A DNA stretch of 64,000 nucleotides, taken from contig JBDHAC010000028.1 of the NCBI GenBank assembly GCA_039588275.1, positions 10,007 through 74,006 on the forward strand, read 5' to 3'. A program made the translations under genes and the position numbers. Positions within the stretch are counted from its first letter, which is position 1. Each line of letters starts with the position of its first letter. Under the pieces are notes generated by a model, which worked only from the letters and a program-made list of their open reading frames with translations, was not told where the DNA came from and made no database searches. Below are positions 28,479 through 37,711 of the stretch, piece by piece. The DNA comes from Gemmatimonadota bacterium. GTDB lineage: Bacteria; Gemmatimonadota; Gemmatimonadetes; Palauibacterales; Palauibacteraceae.

Positions 28479-29778
28479 GGAGATCCCCGACACGGGTTCC
28501 ACCCGGGCGGGGGAGGAAGACGGGCGCCTGGGGAGCCTCGCGCGCCTCTTCCTGAAGCTGGGGTTCCTGGCGTTCGGCGGACCGGCCGCCCACGTGGCCA
28601 TGATGGAGGACGAGGTCGTGGCCCGCCGCCGCTGGCTGTCGCGACCTGCCTTCTTGGACATCCTCGGCGCGACGAACCTCATCCCCGGCCCCAACTCGAC
28701 CGAGATGGCCATGCACGTCGGGTGGCGGCGAGCCGGGACGCGCGGGCTGGTGGTCGCCGGGGCGTGCTTCATCGGCCCGGCAGCCCTCATCACGGGCGTT
28801 CTGGCATGGGCGTACCTCCGGTACGGTGCCCGCCCGGAGGTCGGACCCTTCCTGTTCGGGATCAAGCCTGCGGTCCTGGCCGTGATCCTGATCGCACTCT
28901 GGCGGCTGGCGCGCGTGGCGGCGCGAACCGCGCCTCTCGCCGGGCTCGGTGCGGCCGTGGCGCTGGCCGCGCTCGCGGGCGTGAACGAGATCTTGGCTCT
29001 CCTCGCGGGCGGCCTGCTCGGCACCCTGGCGGCGCGCCCCTGGAGCCGCAGATCCGGCCCCACTGTGGGACCGCCGCCCGACCTCGCGGATGCCGGCGAA
29101 GCCGATCGCGACGAGCGTGCCGATGAGGATGAGGGTGCCGATGAGGACGGGGGTGTCGATGAGGACGAGCGTGCCGACGAGGAAGAGGGGGGGCACCCGG
29201 GTCCGGCGGCTGTCCTCCTCGCCCCTCCGGTGGCCGCCGGGTGGATGGCCGCCGGCGCTCCGCTCTGGACCCTGGGGCTGTTCTTCCTCAAGGTCGGGGC
29301 CGTGCTATACGGGAGCGGCTACGTCCTCGTCGCTTTCCTCGAGGGCGATGTGGTGGGGCGCTATGGCTGGCTGACGCGACCCGAGCTCCTCGATGCGATC
29401 GCGATCGGCCAGTTCACCCCGGGACCGGTGCTCTCGACCGCGACTTTCGTCGGCTACCTGGCGGCGGGCCCGGCGGGCGCGGTCGTCGCGACCATCGGCA
29501 TCTTCCTCCCGTCGTTCGTGTTCGTGTCGATCCTGGGTCCGCTGGTGCCCCGGCTGCGCGAGTCGGCGTGGACGGCCGCGTTTCTGGATGCCGTGAACGC
29601 CAGCGCGGTCGGGTTGATCGCCGCCGTCACCGTGAGCCTCGGCGTGGCCACGCTCGTGGATTGGCGGGCGTGGGCGATCGGTCTCGCGGCCGCCGCAGCC
29701 GGGCTGATCGGGAAAGTGGGCAGCGTCTGGCTCGTACTGGGGGGTGCGGTCATCGGCTGGGCGCTCGGGCTCTTCTGA
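28471..29778 (+). CDS. chrA: Long-chain chromate ion transporter (CHR family)
   Basis: FLKLGFLAFGGPAAH, LIPGPNSTE, second half FLKVGAVLYGSGYVL, GQFTPGPV. GTG at 28471 overlaps the trpA end. Confidence 0.93.
   Translation: MTEEIPDTGSTRAGEEDGRLGSLARLFLKLGFLAFGGPAAHVAMMEDEVVARRRWLSRPAFLDILGATNLIPGPNSTEMAMHVGWRRAGTRGLVVAGACFIGPAALITGVLAWAYLRYGARPEVGPFLFGIKPAVLAVILIALWRLARVAARTAPLAGLGAAVALAALAGVNEILALLAGGLLGTLAARPWSRRSGPTVGPPPDLADAGEADRDERADEDEGADEDGGVDEDERADEEEGGHPGPAAVLLAPPVAAGWMAAGAPLWTLGLFFLKVGAVLYGSGYVLVAFLEGDVVGRYGWLTRPELLDAIAIGQFTPGPVLSTATFVGYLAAGPAGAVVATIGIFLPSFVFVSILGPLVPRLRESAWTAAFLDAVNASAVGLIAAVTVSLGVATLVDWRAWAIGLAAAAAGLIGKVGSVWLVLGGAVIGWALGLF
29101..29190 (+). repeat. Five 18-bp tandem repeats encoding an acidic linker in ChrA
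   Basis: Units gccgatcgcgacgagcgt / gccgatgaggatgagggt / gccgatgaggacgggggt / gtcgatgaggacgagcgt / gccgacgaggaagagggg, encoding ADRDER ADEDEG ADEDGG VDEDER ADEEEG. Confidence 0.85.
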
Positions 29779-29894
29779 CCGCCTCAGACGGTTGCGCCTC
29801 GTAACCCGCGAAGGACGTACCTCCGCCACCCGGTCCGCCGCATCCGCGGCCACCTCGCCTCGACGCCGACGTCCCGCCTGCCGATAATACGGGC

Positions 29895-30194
29895 GTGAAT
29901 TCCGCACCAGAGGACAGGGACCGAGGCCCCGGCAACGTGCGGCGCTGGCTTCGTGCCGCTCGCGAGATCTACGAGGGCATGTACATCGCCCCCTACCGTT
30001 CGGCGATTCACCGGGAATACCTGCGCCAACACGATCTCTTCCTGCTCGTCGGATTCTCCGACCTTCTCGGTGTGCCCAACCCGGTCCAGTTCTATACGCT
30101 CGAGCTGTATCCGGAGCTGCTGGAGGCGTTTCACACCTGGCACCTCCGGATGGGGCTCGAGCACCCGCCGGAGGGAGGTTTCCGCTGTTGCTGA
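29895..30194 (+). CDS. Small Cys-Cys-terminated protein (cory-CC-star type) associated with CstA/ArsA
   Basis: YRSAIHREY...DLFLLVGFSDLLGVPNPVQFYTLELYP...FHTWHLRMG...GGFRCC-stop. Directly upstream of the ArsA and CstA genes. Confidence 0.8.
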   Translation: MNSAPEDRDRGPGNVRRWLRAAREIYEGMYIAPYRSAIHREYLRQHDLFLLVGFSDLLGVPNPVQFYTLELYPELLEAFHTWHLRMGLEHPPEGGFRCC

Positions 30195-31201
30195 GCCCCG
30201 ATAGCGTGCTCCCGGACCGGCCCATCCTCTTCTTCGGGGGGAAGGGGGGCGTCGGAAAGACCACGCTGGCGGCCTCGGCGGCGCTCGGCCTGGCGGCGCG
30301 GGGCCACCGTACGCTGCTCGTGTCCACCGACCCGGCTCACTCGACCGGAGACATCCTGCAGGCCGATCTCGGCGCGGAGCCCCGCCCCGTGATCGCCGAT
30401 TGCTGGGCGATGGAGCTCGATCCTGAGCGTGAGGCGGACCGGTACATCGAGGAGGTCAAAGCTCGTGTCGCTACCGCGGCGCCACCGCGCCTGGTCGCCG
30501 AGGTCGAGCGTCAGATCGACATCGCTCGCGTCTCCCCGGGAGCCGTGGAGGCTGCCCTGTTCGAGCGATTCACGCGCATCCTCGAGGAGGAAGGGAAGGA
30601 TTTCGACCGGATCGTGTTCGACACGGCGCCGACCGGTCAGACGCTCCGTTTGCTCTCGCTCCCCGAGCTCATGACGGCGTGGATGACCGGCATGATCCAA
30701 CGCCGCAAGAAAGTCGGGGCGCTCACGCGCATGTGGAGGAACGTGGCGGGGTCGGCCGCATCCGATGCCGAGCGAGAGGACCCGGTCCTCGCCGCGCTCG
30801 AGGATCGGCGCGCCCGTTTTCACCGCGCCCGTCAGACGCTGACCGCCCCGGAGCGGGCCGCGTTCATCTTCGTGGTGATCCCCGAGCGACTCCCCATCTG
30901 GGAGACCGAGAAGGCGGTGGAGACGCTCTCGCGTCACGCAATTCCGGTCGGGGCGATCATCGTAAACCAGGTACTTCCGCCTCCAGCCGTCGAAGATGGT
31001 GGCGCGGCGTTCATGGAGGCCCGAAGGGAGCGCGAGGCGCTCTACCTTGCGAGGATCTCGCGTGACCTCGGAGATTGGCCAGTCCTCTGCGTCCACCTGC
31101 AGGAGACCGATCCAGTGGGAATTGACGCCCTCAAGGAGCTGGCGGGCGGGATACGCCCGGCCCCGCCCGAGTGGGGCGACCGCATGGAGGAGGGGCGGTG
31201 A
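30188..31201 (+). CDS. Single-domain ArsA/GET3-family ATPase
   Basis: FFGGKGGVGKTT, VSTDPAHS, SPGAVE, FDTAPTGQTLRLL, PERLP, IVNQV. Confidence 0.92.
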   Translation: MLSPDSVLPDRPILFFGGKGGVGKTTLAASAALGLAARGHRTLLVSTDPAHSTGDILQADLGAEPRPVIADCWAMELDPEREADRYIEEVKARVATAAPPRLVAEVERQIDIARVSPGAVEAALFERFTRILEEEGKDFDRIVFDTAPTGQTLRLLSLPELMTAWMTGMIQRRKKVGALTRMWRNVAGSAASDAEREDPVLAALEDRRARFHRARQTLTAPERAAFIFVVIPERLPIWETEKAVETLSRHAIPVGAIIVNQVLPPPAVEDGGAAFMEARREREALYLARISRDLGDWPVLCVHLQETDPVGIDALKELAGGIRPAPPEWGDRMEEGR

Positions 31202-32988
31202 GCGCGATCGTACTCCTTGTCGTCGGTGTCTCGGCGTTCCTCACGGGATACCACGTGTACTCCCGCTTCATCGCCCGCCGCATCTATCAGCTGGATCCCG
31301 ACTTCGTCACGCCGAGCCACGAGTTCGAGGACGGGGTGGACTACGTCCCCACGAACAAGCACGTGCTGTTCGGGCACCACTTCACATCCGTGGCGGGGGC
31401 GGCGCCGATCGTCGGCCCGGCGATCGCGGTCATCTGGGGTTGGCTCCCGGCGTTCCTGTGGGTGACGATCGGGACCGTGTTCGCGGGAGCCGTGCACGAC
31501 TTCGGGACGCTGTGGATCTCGACCCGGCACAAGGGCCGCTCCATCGGCACGCTCACCGAGTCGATCGTCGGTGACCGCGCGCGGGTGCTGTTCCTCCTCT
31601 TGATCTTCTTCCTGTTGCTCATGGTGAACGCGGTGTTCGCGGTCATCATCGCCAACCTGTTCATGGGGAACCCGGGTGCCGTGCTCCCCGTGTGGGGGTC
31701 GCTCGTCGTCGCCCTCATCGTGGGTTTCCTGATCTATCGAACCGGGGCGGGGATCCTGCTGCCGTCGCTCGGGGCGCTGGCGGTCCTCTACCTGATGATC
31801 TGGTTCGGTCAATACGTACCCTTCGAGCTACCGGACCTGATCGGGTTCGGGCCCACCGAGGCACAGCTGACGGCGGCAGGTGGGGACGCGGCCGTGGCCG
31901 CGGAGGCGGCGAACGCGGACGGGCAACGCGTGGGTTGGATCATCGTCCTGTTCATCTACACCTTCTTCGCCTCGGTCTTGCCCGTGTGGCTACTCCTCCA
32001 GCCGCGCGACTACGTGAACGGCCACCAGCTGTTCGTGGCGCTCGGGATCATCGGTGCAGGGGTCATCGTGACGAACCCGGAGGTGGTCGCGCCGGCGGTG
32101 AACACGAACCTCCCCGGCGACGCGCCCAGCTGGTTCCCGTTGCTGTTCATCACGATCGCGTGTGGCGCCATCAGCGGGTTCCACGGGCTCGTGGGCTCCG
32201 GGACCTCCTCCAAGCAGTTGAACAAGGACACGGACGCGCGCTACGTCGGGTACGGTGGGGCGCTGGGGGAGGGGACGCTCGCCGTCACGTCGATCATCGC
32301 GTGCACGGCCGGCTTCGCGGTCTTCGTGGGGCTCGACGGTTGGCACACACATTACGGCAGCTGGGCCTCGGCCTCGGCCGGCGCGACGGCCGCGTTCGTG
32401 AACGGGGTGGGCGTACTGGCGGAGGGAATCGGGATCCCCAGCCGGGTCGCCACGATCTTCGCGGCGGTCGTCGTGATCAGCTTCGCTGCCACCACGCTCG
32501 ACACCAGCATCCGACTCCAGCGCTACATCATCGGGGAGCTGGGCGTCGAGTATCGGGTCAAGCTCGTCCAGAATCGCTGGGTAGCGACCCTGGTCGCGGT
32601 CGTCGCATGCGCGCTCCTCGCCCTCGGCCTGGACCGGGGCGCCGGCGGCATGCGGATCTGGCCGCTGTTCGGCACGACCAACCAGCTACTGGCGGGTCTC
32701 AGCCTCCTGATCATCACGCTGTTCCTGTTTCGCCAGAAGCGGCCCGTGTGGGTGACGATCATCCCCATGACCTTCCTGCTCATCATGACCACCTGGGCGA
32801 TGATCCTGAACTTGCGCCGGTTCGCGGGCGAGAGTCAGACGCTCCTGCTCGTGGTCGGAGGCGCGATCTTCGTGCTCGAGATCTGGCTCCTGTTCGAGGC
32901 GGTGGCCGCGATCCGGCGCGTACGCGGGTTGCGGCACTCGGAAGACGCGGCGCTGGCGACCGCGGTCGAGGACCGAGGGGCTCCCTAG
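31198..32988 (+). CDS. cstA: Carbon starvation CstA family transporter
   Basis: DGVDYVPT, GHHFTSVAGAAPIVGP, GAVHD, WLLLQPRDY, TIACGAISGFH, WPLFGTTNQLLA. GTG at 31198 overlaps the ArsA stop. Confidence 0.94.
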   Translation: MSAIVLLVVGVSAFLTGYHVYSRFIARRIYQLDPDFVTPSHEFEDGVDYVPTNKHVLFGHHFTSVAGAAPIVGPAIAVIWGWLPAFLWVTIGTVFAGAVHDFGTLWISTRHKGRSIGTLTESIVGDRARVLFLLLIFFLLLMVNAVFAVIIANLFMGNPGAVLPVWGSLVVALIVGFLIYRTGAGILLPSLGALAVLYLMIWFGQYVPFELPDLIGFGPTEAQLTAAGGDAAVAAEAANADGQRVGWIIVLFIYTFFASVLPVWLLLQPRDYVNGHQLFVALGIIGAGVIVTNPEVVAPAVNTNLPGDAPSWFPLLFITIACGAISGFHGLVGSGTSSKQLNKDTDARYVGYGGALGEGTLAVTSIIACTAGFAVFVGLDGWHTHYGSWASASAGATAAFVNGVGVLAEGIGIPSRVATIFAAVVVISFAATTLDTSIRLQRYIIGELGVEYRVKLVQNRWVATLVAVVACALLALGLDRGAGGMRIWPLFGTTNQLLAGLSLLIITLFLFRQKRPVWVTIIPMTFLLIMTTWAMILNLRRFAGESQTLLLVVGGAIFVLEIWLLFEAVAAIRRVRGLRHSEDAALATAVEDRGAP

Positions 32989-33242
32989 GTCCAGGTCACA
33001 GGATGCTCGCACGCTCTCGATCCCGGAGGCTGAACGACGGTCATCCTGCCTCTGACCCCAACGAGCGGCCCCGGCCTCGAAAGAAGGCCAAAAAGAAGGC
33101 CAATTCGTACGCCGATGGGGACATTTTATCTGAAAAGTTTCAGCTGAAATGTCTTGTCCCCGGGTCCGAGCGTTTCGGCTCACTCCCTCATCGGGGCGCC
33201 CCGGAGCGCGCCCAAGGTGAGCGACATACCCGCGACGTAAAC

Positions 33243-34841
33243 CTAGGACTCTAGCCGGAGGCGCTTGACCAGACCCTCGTCCGGCTCCACGAAGACCGTC
33301 TGCACGCGCTCCGCCACCACCCTGCCCGGCGGTGATTTGCGCGGCTTGCGGACGTATTTGCGCCGAGTCCAGTTGACCGCCGCGGTCCCGCTGTGACGGG
33401 CGCCGCTGTGCACGGCCGCGACCGTGGCCGCCTCGAGCAGATCGCGCTGCGCCGGGTTCTCCTCCTTTCGTCCCCATCGGAGGATCACGTGCGCGCCCTG
33501 CACCTGCCGCGCGTGCATCCAGATGTCCTCGGGTGACGAGTGGTGCAGCGTCAGCGCATCGTTGTCGCGCGCGCCGCGGCCGACGCGGATCTCGAGACCT
33601 CCGGTCGAGCGAAAGCGATGGTACGGAAGGCGGGGCTCGGGGCCCGCACGTCCGGGCTCGCGCCCCGAGGCGGGCGTGCGTCCCACGAGCTCCCACAACT
33701 CCTCGCTCGGCCCATCGCCTGCAAGCGTCTCGGCCCCGGCCCTGAGGGTTTCCAGCCGCCGCTCGTTCTCGGCGATCTCCGTCGGAATCCCACGCCTGAT
33801 GGACGGCTTGTGGGCGAGAATCAGCTGGCCGTTCAACCGAGGCTCCTCAGGCGACCGGGCTGCCTCTCGCTCTCGTTCGAGGGCGGCCAGCCGGCGCTCG
33901 ATGCGCTTCACGCGACTCGCAAGAGCCGCGCCCAGGTGCGCGGCCTCATCGTCCGTCTCGGGCTCTACCTCGCCGCCCGCCGCGCCGAGCGCGAGGAGAC
34001 TCCCGACGCCGCCCGCCGCCTCGGTCGACGCCTGCATCGCGTCCAGCAGGGAGGGCATGGCCACCGCACCGGGCTCCTCCAGCGACGAGGCGTACGGTTG
34101 CGACCCCAGCGTCCGCTCGAGCAGCCAGGCACCTCCCGTGGAGCACTCCTCGAGCAAGCTCTCGTATCGGGAGAACGCCTCGCGAAGCGCACTCTCGTCG
34201 GAGTCGGTCACGGCCGTCCCGAGCACCCAATCGATGTTCAGCGCGCTCAGGTAGGCCCATTCCCGGAGTGCGGCCCCCCTTCGGTCGGCGGGTTCGACGG
34301 AAGCCAGCGACGCCATCCAGGCCTCCACATCCCGCGGCCTCGCGGCGCCGCGGCGGGGGTTGGCGGGCGCTGCGTACGTAGCGCCGGGCTCCAGACGGCG
34401 CTCGCGGATGACTCGCCGCCAGAGGACGCGGTCGATTCGCCACTCGATCTGGTCTGTCCCCGGCTGGGCGTCGCCCCTTGGCGACAGGAACAACAAGTTC
34501 CACTGGTTCGTCTGGAGCTCGGCAGAGATACGGTGCCGCGGGTTGGAGGACGCGTCCGAGAGCGTGAGGAGCAGGGCTCGCTCGTCCAGCGGCGCCTCGA
34601 CGGCGCTGAGGAACAACCGCCGGAAGCGAAGACCTTCGGCGGAGAGCAGAGGCTCCACAGCCAGTAGCTGCCCCGCCTGCGGATGCAGTGTGGCGAGGAG
34701 GGCCGAGCCATCCTCGAAGCGCAGCTCCCCCACCCGCCGGGCCGGATCAAGGGCCAGCGAAGCTACGCGGACTCCCTCCCACCGGGCTCTGATCTCCTGA
34801 GCGAGGGCGGCCGTGAGGAGCGGATCGTAACGAACGGGCAT
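33243..34841 (-). CDS. NFACT/RqcH (Rqc2) ribosome quality-control protein, apparently lacking the middle segment
   Basis: ATG at 34841. NFACT-N-like LATLHPQAG...DERALL...ELQTNQWN. C-terminal NFACT-R motifs IRVGRGARDNDALT, WMHARQVQGAHVIL, YVRKPRKSPPG. Confidence 0.85.
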   Translation of the reverse strand: MPVRYDPLLTAALAQEIRARWEGVRVASLALDPARRVGELRFEDGSALLATLHPQAGQLLAVEPLLSAEGLRFRRLFLSAVEAPLDERALLLTLSDASSNPRHRISAELQTNQWNLLFLSPRGDAQPGTDQIEWRIDRVLWRRVIRERRLEPGATYAAPANPRRGAARPRDVEAWMASLASVEPADRRGAALREWAYLSALNIDWVLGTAVTDSDESALREAFSRYESLLEECSTGGAWLLERTLGSQPYASSLEEPGAVAMPSLLDAMQASTEAAGGVGSLLALGAAGGEVEPETDDEAAHLGAALASRVKRIERRLAALEREREAARSPEEPRLNGQLILAHKPSIRRGIPTEIAENERRLETLRAGAETLAGDGPSEELWELVGRTPASGREPGRAGPEPRLPYHRFRSTGGLEIRVGRGARDNDALTLHHSSPEDIWMHARQVQGAHVILRWGRKEENPAQRDLLEAATVAAVHSGARHSGTAAVNWTRRKYVRKPRKSPPGRVVAERVQTVFVEPDEGLVKRLRLES

Positions 34842-34944
34842 CGGGCGCTCGGCGAGTCGAAGTGCCGGCGATCCTGGCCTGCGGTGGCCAGGTCGACCCG
34901 GTATATTCGTGCACTTGCTTCCACCCCACAAACGGATCTGAGCG

Positions 34945-35799
34945 ATGGGCAAGCAATCCGACGCGACCGCCGGACGAGAGAGCCGCAAGGCCGTGACCGT
35001 CCGCGACTTCCAGCGCATGAAGGCGGACGGGGAGAGAATCGCCATCCTTACGTGCTACGACTACCTGTTCGCCCGCATCCTGAGCCAGACGGACATCGAC
35101 GCCGTGCTCGTCGGGGACTCGCTCGGCCAGGTCGTGCTCGGGTATCGGAGCACGCTTCCGGTCACGCTCGACGAGATGATCCACCACACGTCCGCTGTTC
35201 GGCGTGGGCTGGAAGGCCCGATGCTGATCCTCGACATGCCCTTCCTTTCGTATCAGGTGAGCGACGAAGAGGCGCTCCGAAACGCCGGGCGCGTCCTGAA
35301 GGAGACCGGGTGCGAGGCGGTCAAGATCGAGGGAGGCGACGCGGAGACCCTGAGCAGGGTCAGGACCCTCGTAACGGCCGGCATCCCCGTGATGGGCCAC
35401 ATCGGCCTCACGCCGCAGGCCGTCCACAAGCTCGGCGGCTACCGGCTCACGGGCCGCGAAGCGGACGAGGCCAAGCGCCTGGAGGAGGAGGCCCGCGCGC
35501 TGGAGGAAGCGGGGTGCTTCAGCATGGTGCTCGAGATGGTCCCGACCGACCTGGCCACGAAGATCAGCCTGGCCCTCGAGATCCCGACCATCGGGATCGG
35601 AGCCGGGAACGGCTGCGACGGTCAGGTGCTCGTGCTGCCCGACATGCTGGGTCTGAACGAAGAATTCAGCCCGAAGTTCCTTCGTCGTTTCGCGGAGCTC
35701 GGCGAGGCCGCGCGAGATGGGGTCGCGGCGTTCGTGGATGCCGTGAGGGCCGGCGAGTATCCGGACGAGAGCGAGCGCTACGACGTTGACGTCGCTTGA
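34945..35799 (+). CDS. panB: 3-methyl-2-oxobutanoate hydroxymethyltransferase
   Basis: LTCYD, LVGDSLG, DMPFLSY, VKIEGG, GHIGLTPQ, IGIGAG, DGQVLV. Confidence 0.97.
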   Translation: MGKQSDATAGRESRKAVTVRDFQRMKADGERIAILTCYDYLFARILSQTDIDAVLVGDSLGQVVLGYRSTLPVTLDEMIHHTSAVRRGLEGPMLILDMPFLSYQVSDEEALRNAGRVLKETGCEAVKIEGGDAETLSRVRTLVTAGIPVMGHIGLTPQAVHKLGGYRLTGREADEAKRLEEEARALEEAGCFSMVLEMVPTDLATKISLALEIPTIGIGAGNGCDGQVLVLPDMLGLNEEFSPKFLRRFAELGEAARDGVAAFVDAVRAGEYPDESERYDVDVA

Positions 35800-36694
35800 G
35801 CCCTCCTCCCCCGGAGCGGAATCCGGATCTCCCTCTCCAGCTCACGTCCTGCGAACCGTCGCGGACGTGCGAGCGTGGCGTGCCACGCAGAGACGCGAGG
35901 AGAAGGCGGTCGCCTTCGTACCGACAATGGGGGCGCTGCACGAAGGGCACCTGAGCCTGATCGACGTCGCGGCCGCTCACGCCGACACCGTCATCGTCTC
36001 GATCTTCGTCAACCCCACGCAATTCGGGCCTGCGGAAGACTTCGAGGAGTACCCTCGCGACCTCGACCGGGACCTCCATCTGGCGAGCGCTCGCGGCGCC
36101 GGAACGGCGTTCGTTCCCACGACCGCGGAGATGTACCCCGCGGAACAGACCGTCTGGGTCGAGCCCGGGCCGCTCGGCGACCGGCTGTGCGGGCCTGGCC
36201 GCCCGGGGCACTTCCGGGGCGTGCTCACGGTCGTGGGCAAGCTGTTCGCCATCGTGGAGCCCGACCTGGCGGTGTTCGGCCAGAAGGACTTTCAACAGTC
36301 GGTGCTCATCCGCGCCATGGTCGAGCAGCTTCACTTCCCGATCCGAATCCTGGTCGCGCCCACGGTGCGGGAACCGGACGGGCTCGCGCTGAGTTCGCGG
36401 AACGCGTACCTGAGCGCCGTCGAGCGGGAGACGGCGCTCTCGCTGTCGCGCTCGCTCCGCCGGGTGCGCGAGCGCTTCGCCGCCGGGGAACACGACCGCG
36501 CCGCCCTGGAAGCGCTCGTGCGGGCCCAGTTGGAGGACGCCGGCGCCGAGGTCGAATACGCCGACATCGTGGACCCGGATGGACTCGAGCCTCCCGAGAC
36601 CGCCGGCCCCGAGGACGTGTGTGCGATCGCGGCCCGCGTAGGGACGACCCGTCTCATCGACAACGCGTCGCTGGCGGGGCCCTCATCGCTGTGA
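35786..36694 (+). CDS. panC: Pantoate-beta-alanine ligase
   Basis: VPTMGALHEGHLSL, SIFVNPTQF, RPGHFRGV, FGQKDFQQ, REPDGLALSSRN, RLIDN. Confidence 0.97.
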   Translation: MTSLEPSSPGAESGSPSPAHVLRTVADVRAWRATQRREEKAVAFVPTMGALHEGHLSLIDVAAAHADTVIVSIFVNPTQFGPAEDFEEYPRDLDRDLHLASARGAGTAFVPTTAEMYPAEQTVWVEPGPLGDRLCGPGRPGHFRGVLTVVGKLFAIVEPDLAVFGQKDFQQSVLIRAMVEQLHFPIRILVAPTVREPDGLALSSRNAYLSAVERETALSLSRSLRRVRERFAAGEHDRAALEALVRAQLEDAGAEVEYADIVDPDGLEPPETAGPEDVCAIAARVGTTRLIDNASLAGPSSL

Positions 36695-37168
36695 CATACC
36701 GGCCAGGAAGAGGCGACACCGTAAGCCCACTGATGGTGGCGCGCCGCAGGGCACCTGCACGATGCGCTCAAGCATGCCGACCCCGCGGAGCTGCGCGACC
36801 TCCTGGAGCCCGGGGAGGCCTGGCCGGATCCGGTGCTGCACGGGCCGGCGTGCGCCGCTCGCCTGCGGCGCGAGGGCGTACGGGACGAGTCCGTGTTGAC
36901 CGCGATCGCCTACCATTCCACCGGACACGCCGATCTGGATCTGCTCGGAGAGCTTCTCTACCTGGCGGACTACCTCGAACCCGGCAGGAAGCGCGACTCC
37001 GATTGGGCGGCGGCGCTTCGTGACCGCCTGCCGAAACACCGGGGCCCGGTCTTGCGGGAGGTCGTCACGGGCCGAATCGGACACTTGTTGGACCAGAGCT
37101 TGCCGATCCTCCAGACGACGATAGAGTTCTGGAACAGGTTGGCGCGGGAAGGGCGCGCCGAGGAATAG
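36691..37168 (+). pseudogene. HD-domain (YqeK-like) phosphohydrolase, disrupted near the 5' end
   Basis: The frame encoding WRAAGHLHDALK...LHGPA...AIAYHSTG...LYLADYLEPGR has in-frame stops at 36722 and 36731 just upstream. The coupled GTG at 36691 is in another frame, and the first His helix is absent. Confidence 0.7.
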
Positions 37169-37229
37169 CGCTACGGCGACCGGCGAACCATTGCCGGCTC
37201 CTGGGGGACGGCACGGGAGGCCAGCGGGG

Positions 37230-37706
37230 ATGAAGCGGCGGAAGACACGAAGAGTCACTCGACGCAAGCGTCGGATCGCTGATCGGTTCGAGGTGGCGCT
37301 GGTGAGCCTGGTCCTGATCGGCGTCGGCACGCTCATCGGCTCATTCTGGATTGAGTGGAGGGGAACGCGGCTGGATGGAGCCCCGGCGGCGGACACGGCG
37401 CCGGCATCGCTCGATGCACGGCTCAAGGTCGAGGTCCTCAACGGGTCGGGCGACAAGGGTGCGGCGGCCCTCGTGCGGGACCACCTCCGGGCGCGGGGCT
37501 TCGATGTCGTCTCAGCCGAGAACGCCGATCACTTCGACTACACCATCACATACGTCCTCAATCGGTCGGGCCACCCGGGCGCCGCGCGACAGGTGGCGTC
37601 CCAGCTCGGCGTCGACAGCGTCGCGAACGCGATCGACCCGGACCTGTTCCTCGATGCGACGGTGATCCTGGGGGCGGACTGGCGCGAGCGGTTCCCACCG
37701 GAATAA
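37230..37706 (+). CDS. LytR C-terminal domain-containing membrane protein
   Basis: Basic N-terminus, one TM helix, KVEVLNGSGDKGAA, GFDVVSAENAD, ATVILGADW. Confidence 0.85.
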   Translation: MKRRKTRRVTRRKRRIADRFEVALVSLVLIGVGTLIGSFWIEWRGTRLDGAPAADTAPASLDARLKVEVLNGSGDKGAAALVRDHLRARGFDVVSAENADHFDYTITYVLNRSGHPGAARQVASQLGVDSVANAIDPDLFLDATVILGADWRERFPPE

Positions 37707-37711
37707 CGAGA

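Noticed and set aside
30188..31201. Arsenic-resistance operon
   Set aside because: There are no arsR/B/C/D or acr3 genes, and the context is the CstA-associated ArsA-like subfamily.
33105..33140. Possible dif (XerCD) site from TTATCTGAAA
   Set aside because: There is only a partial XerD-like arm and no XerC arm at the required 6-bp spacing.
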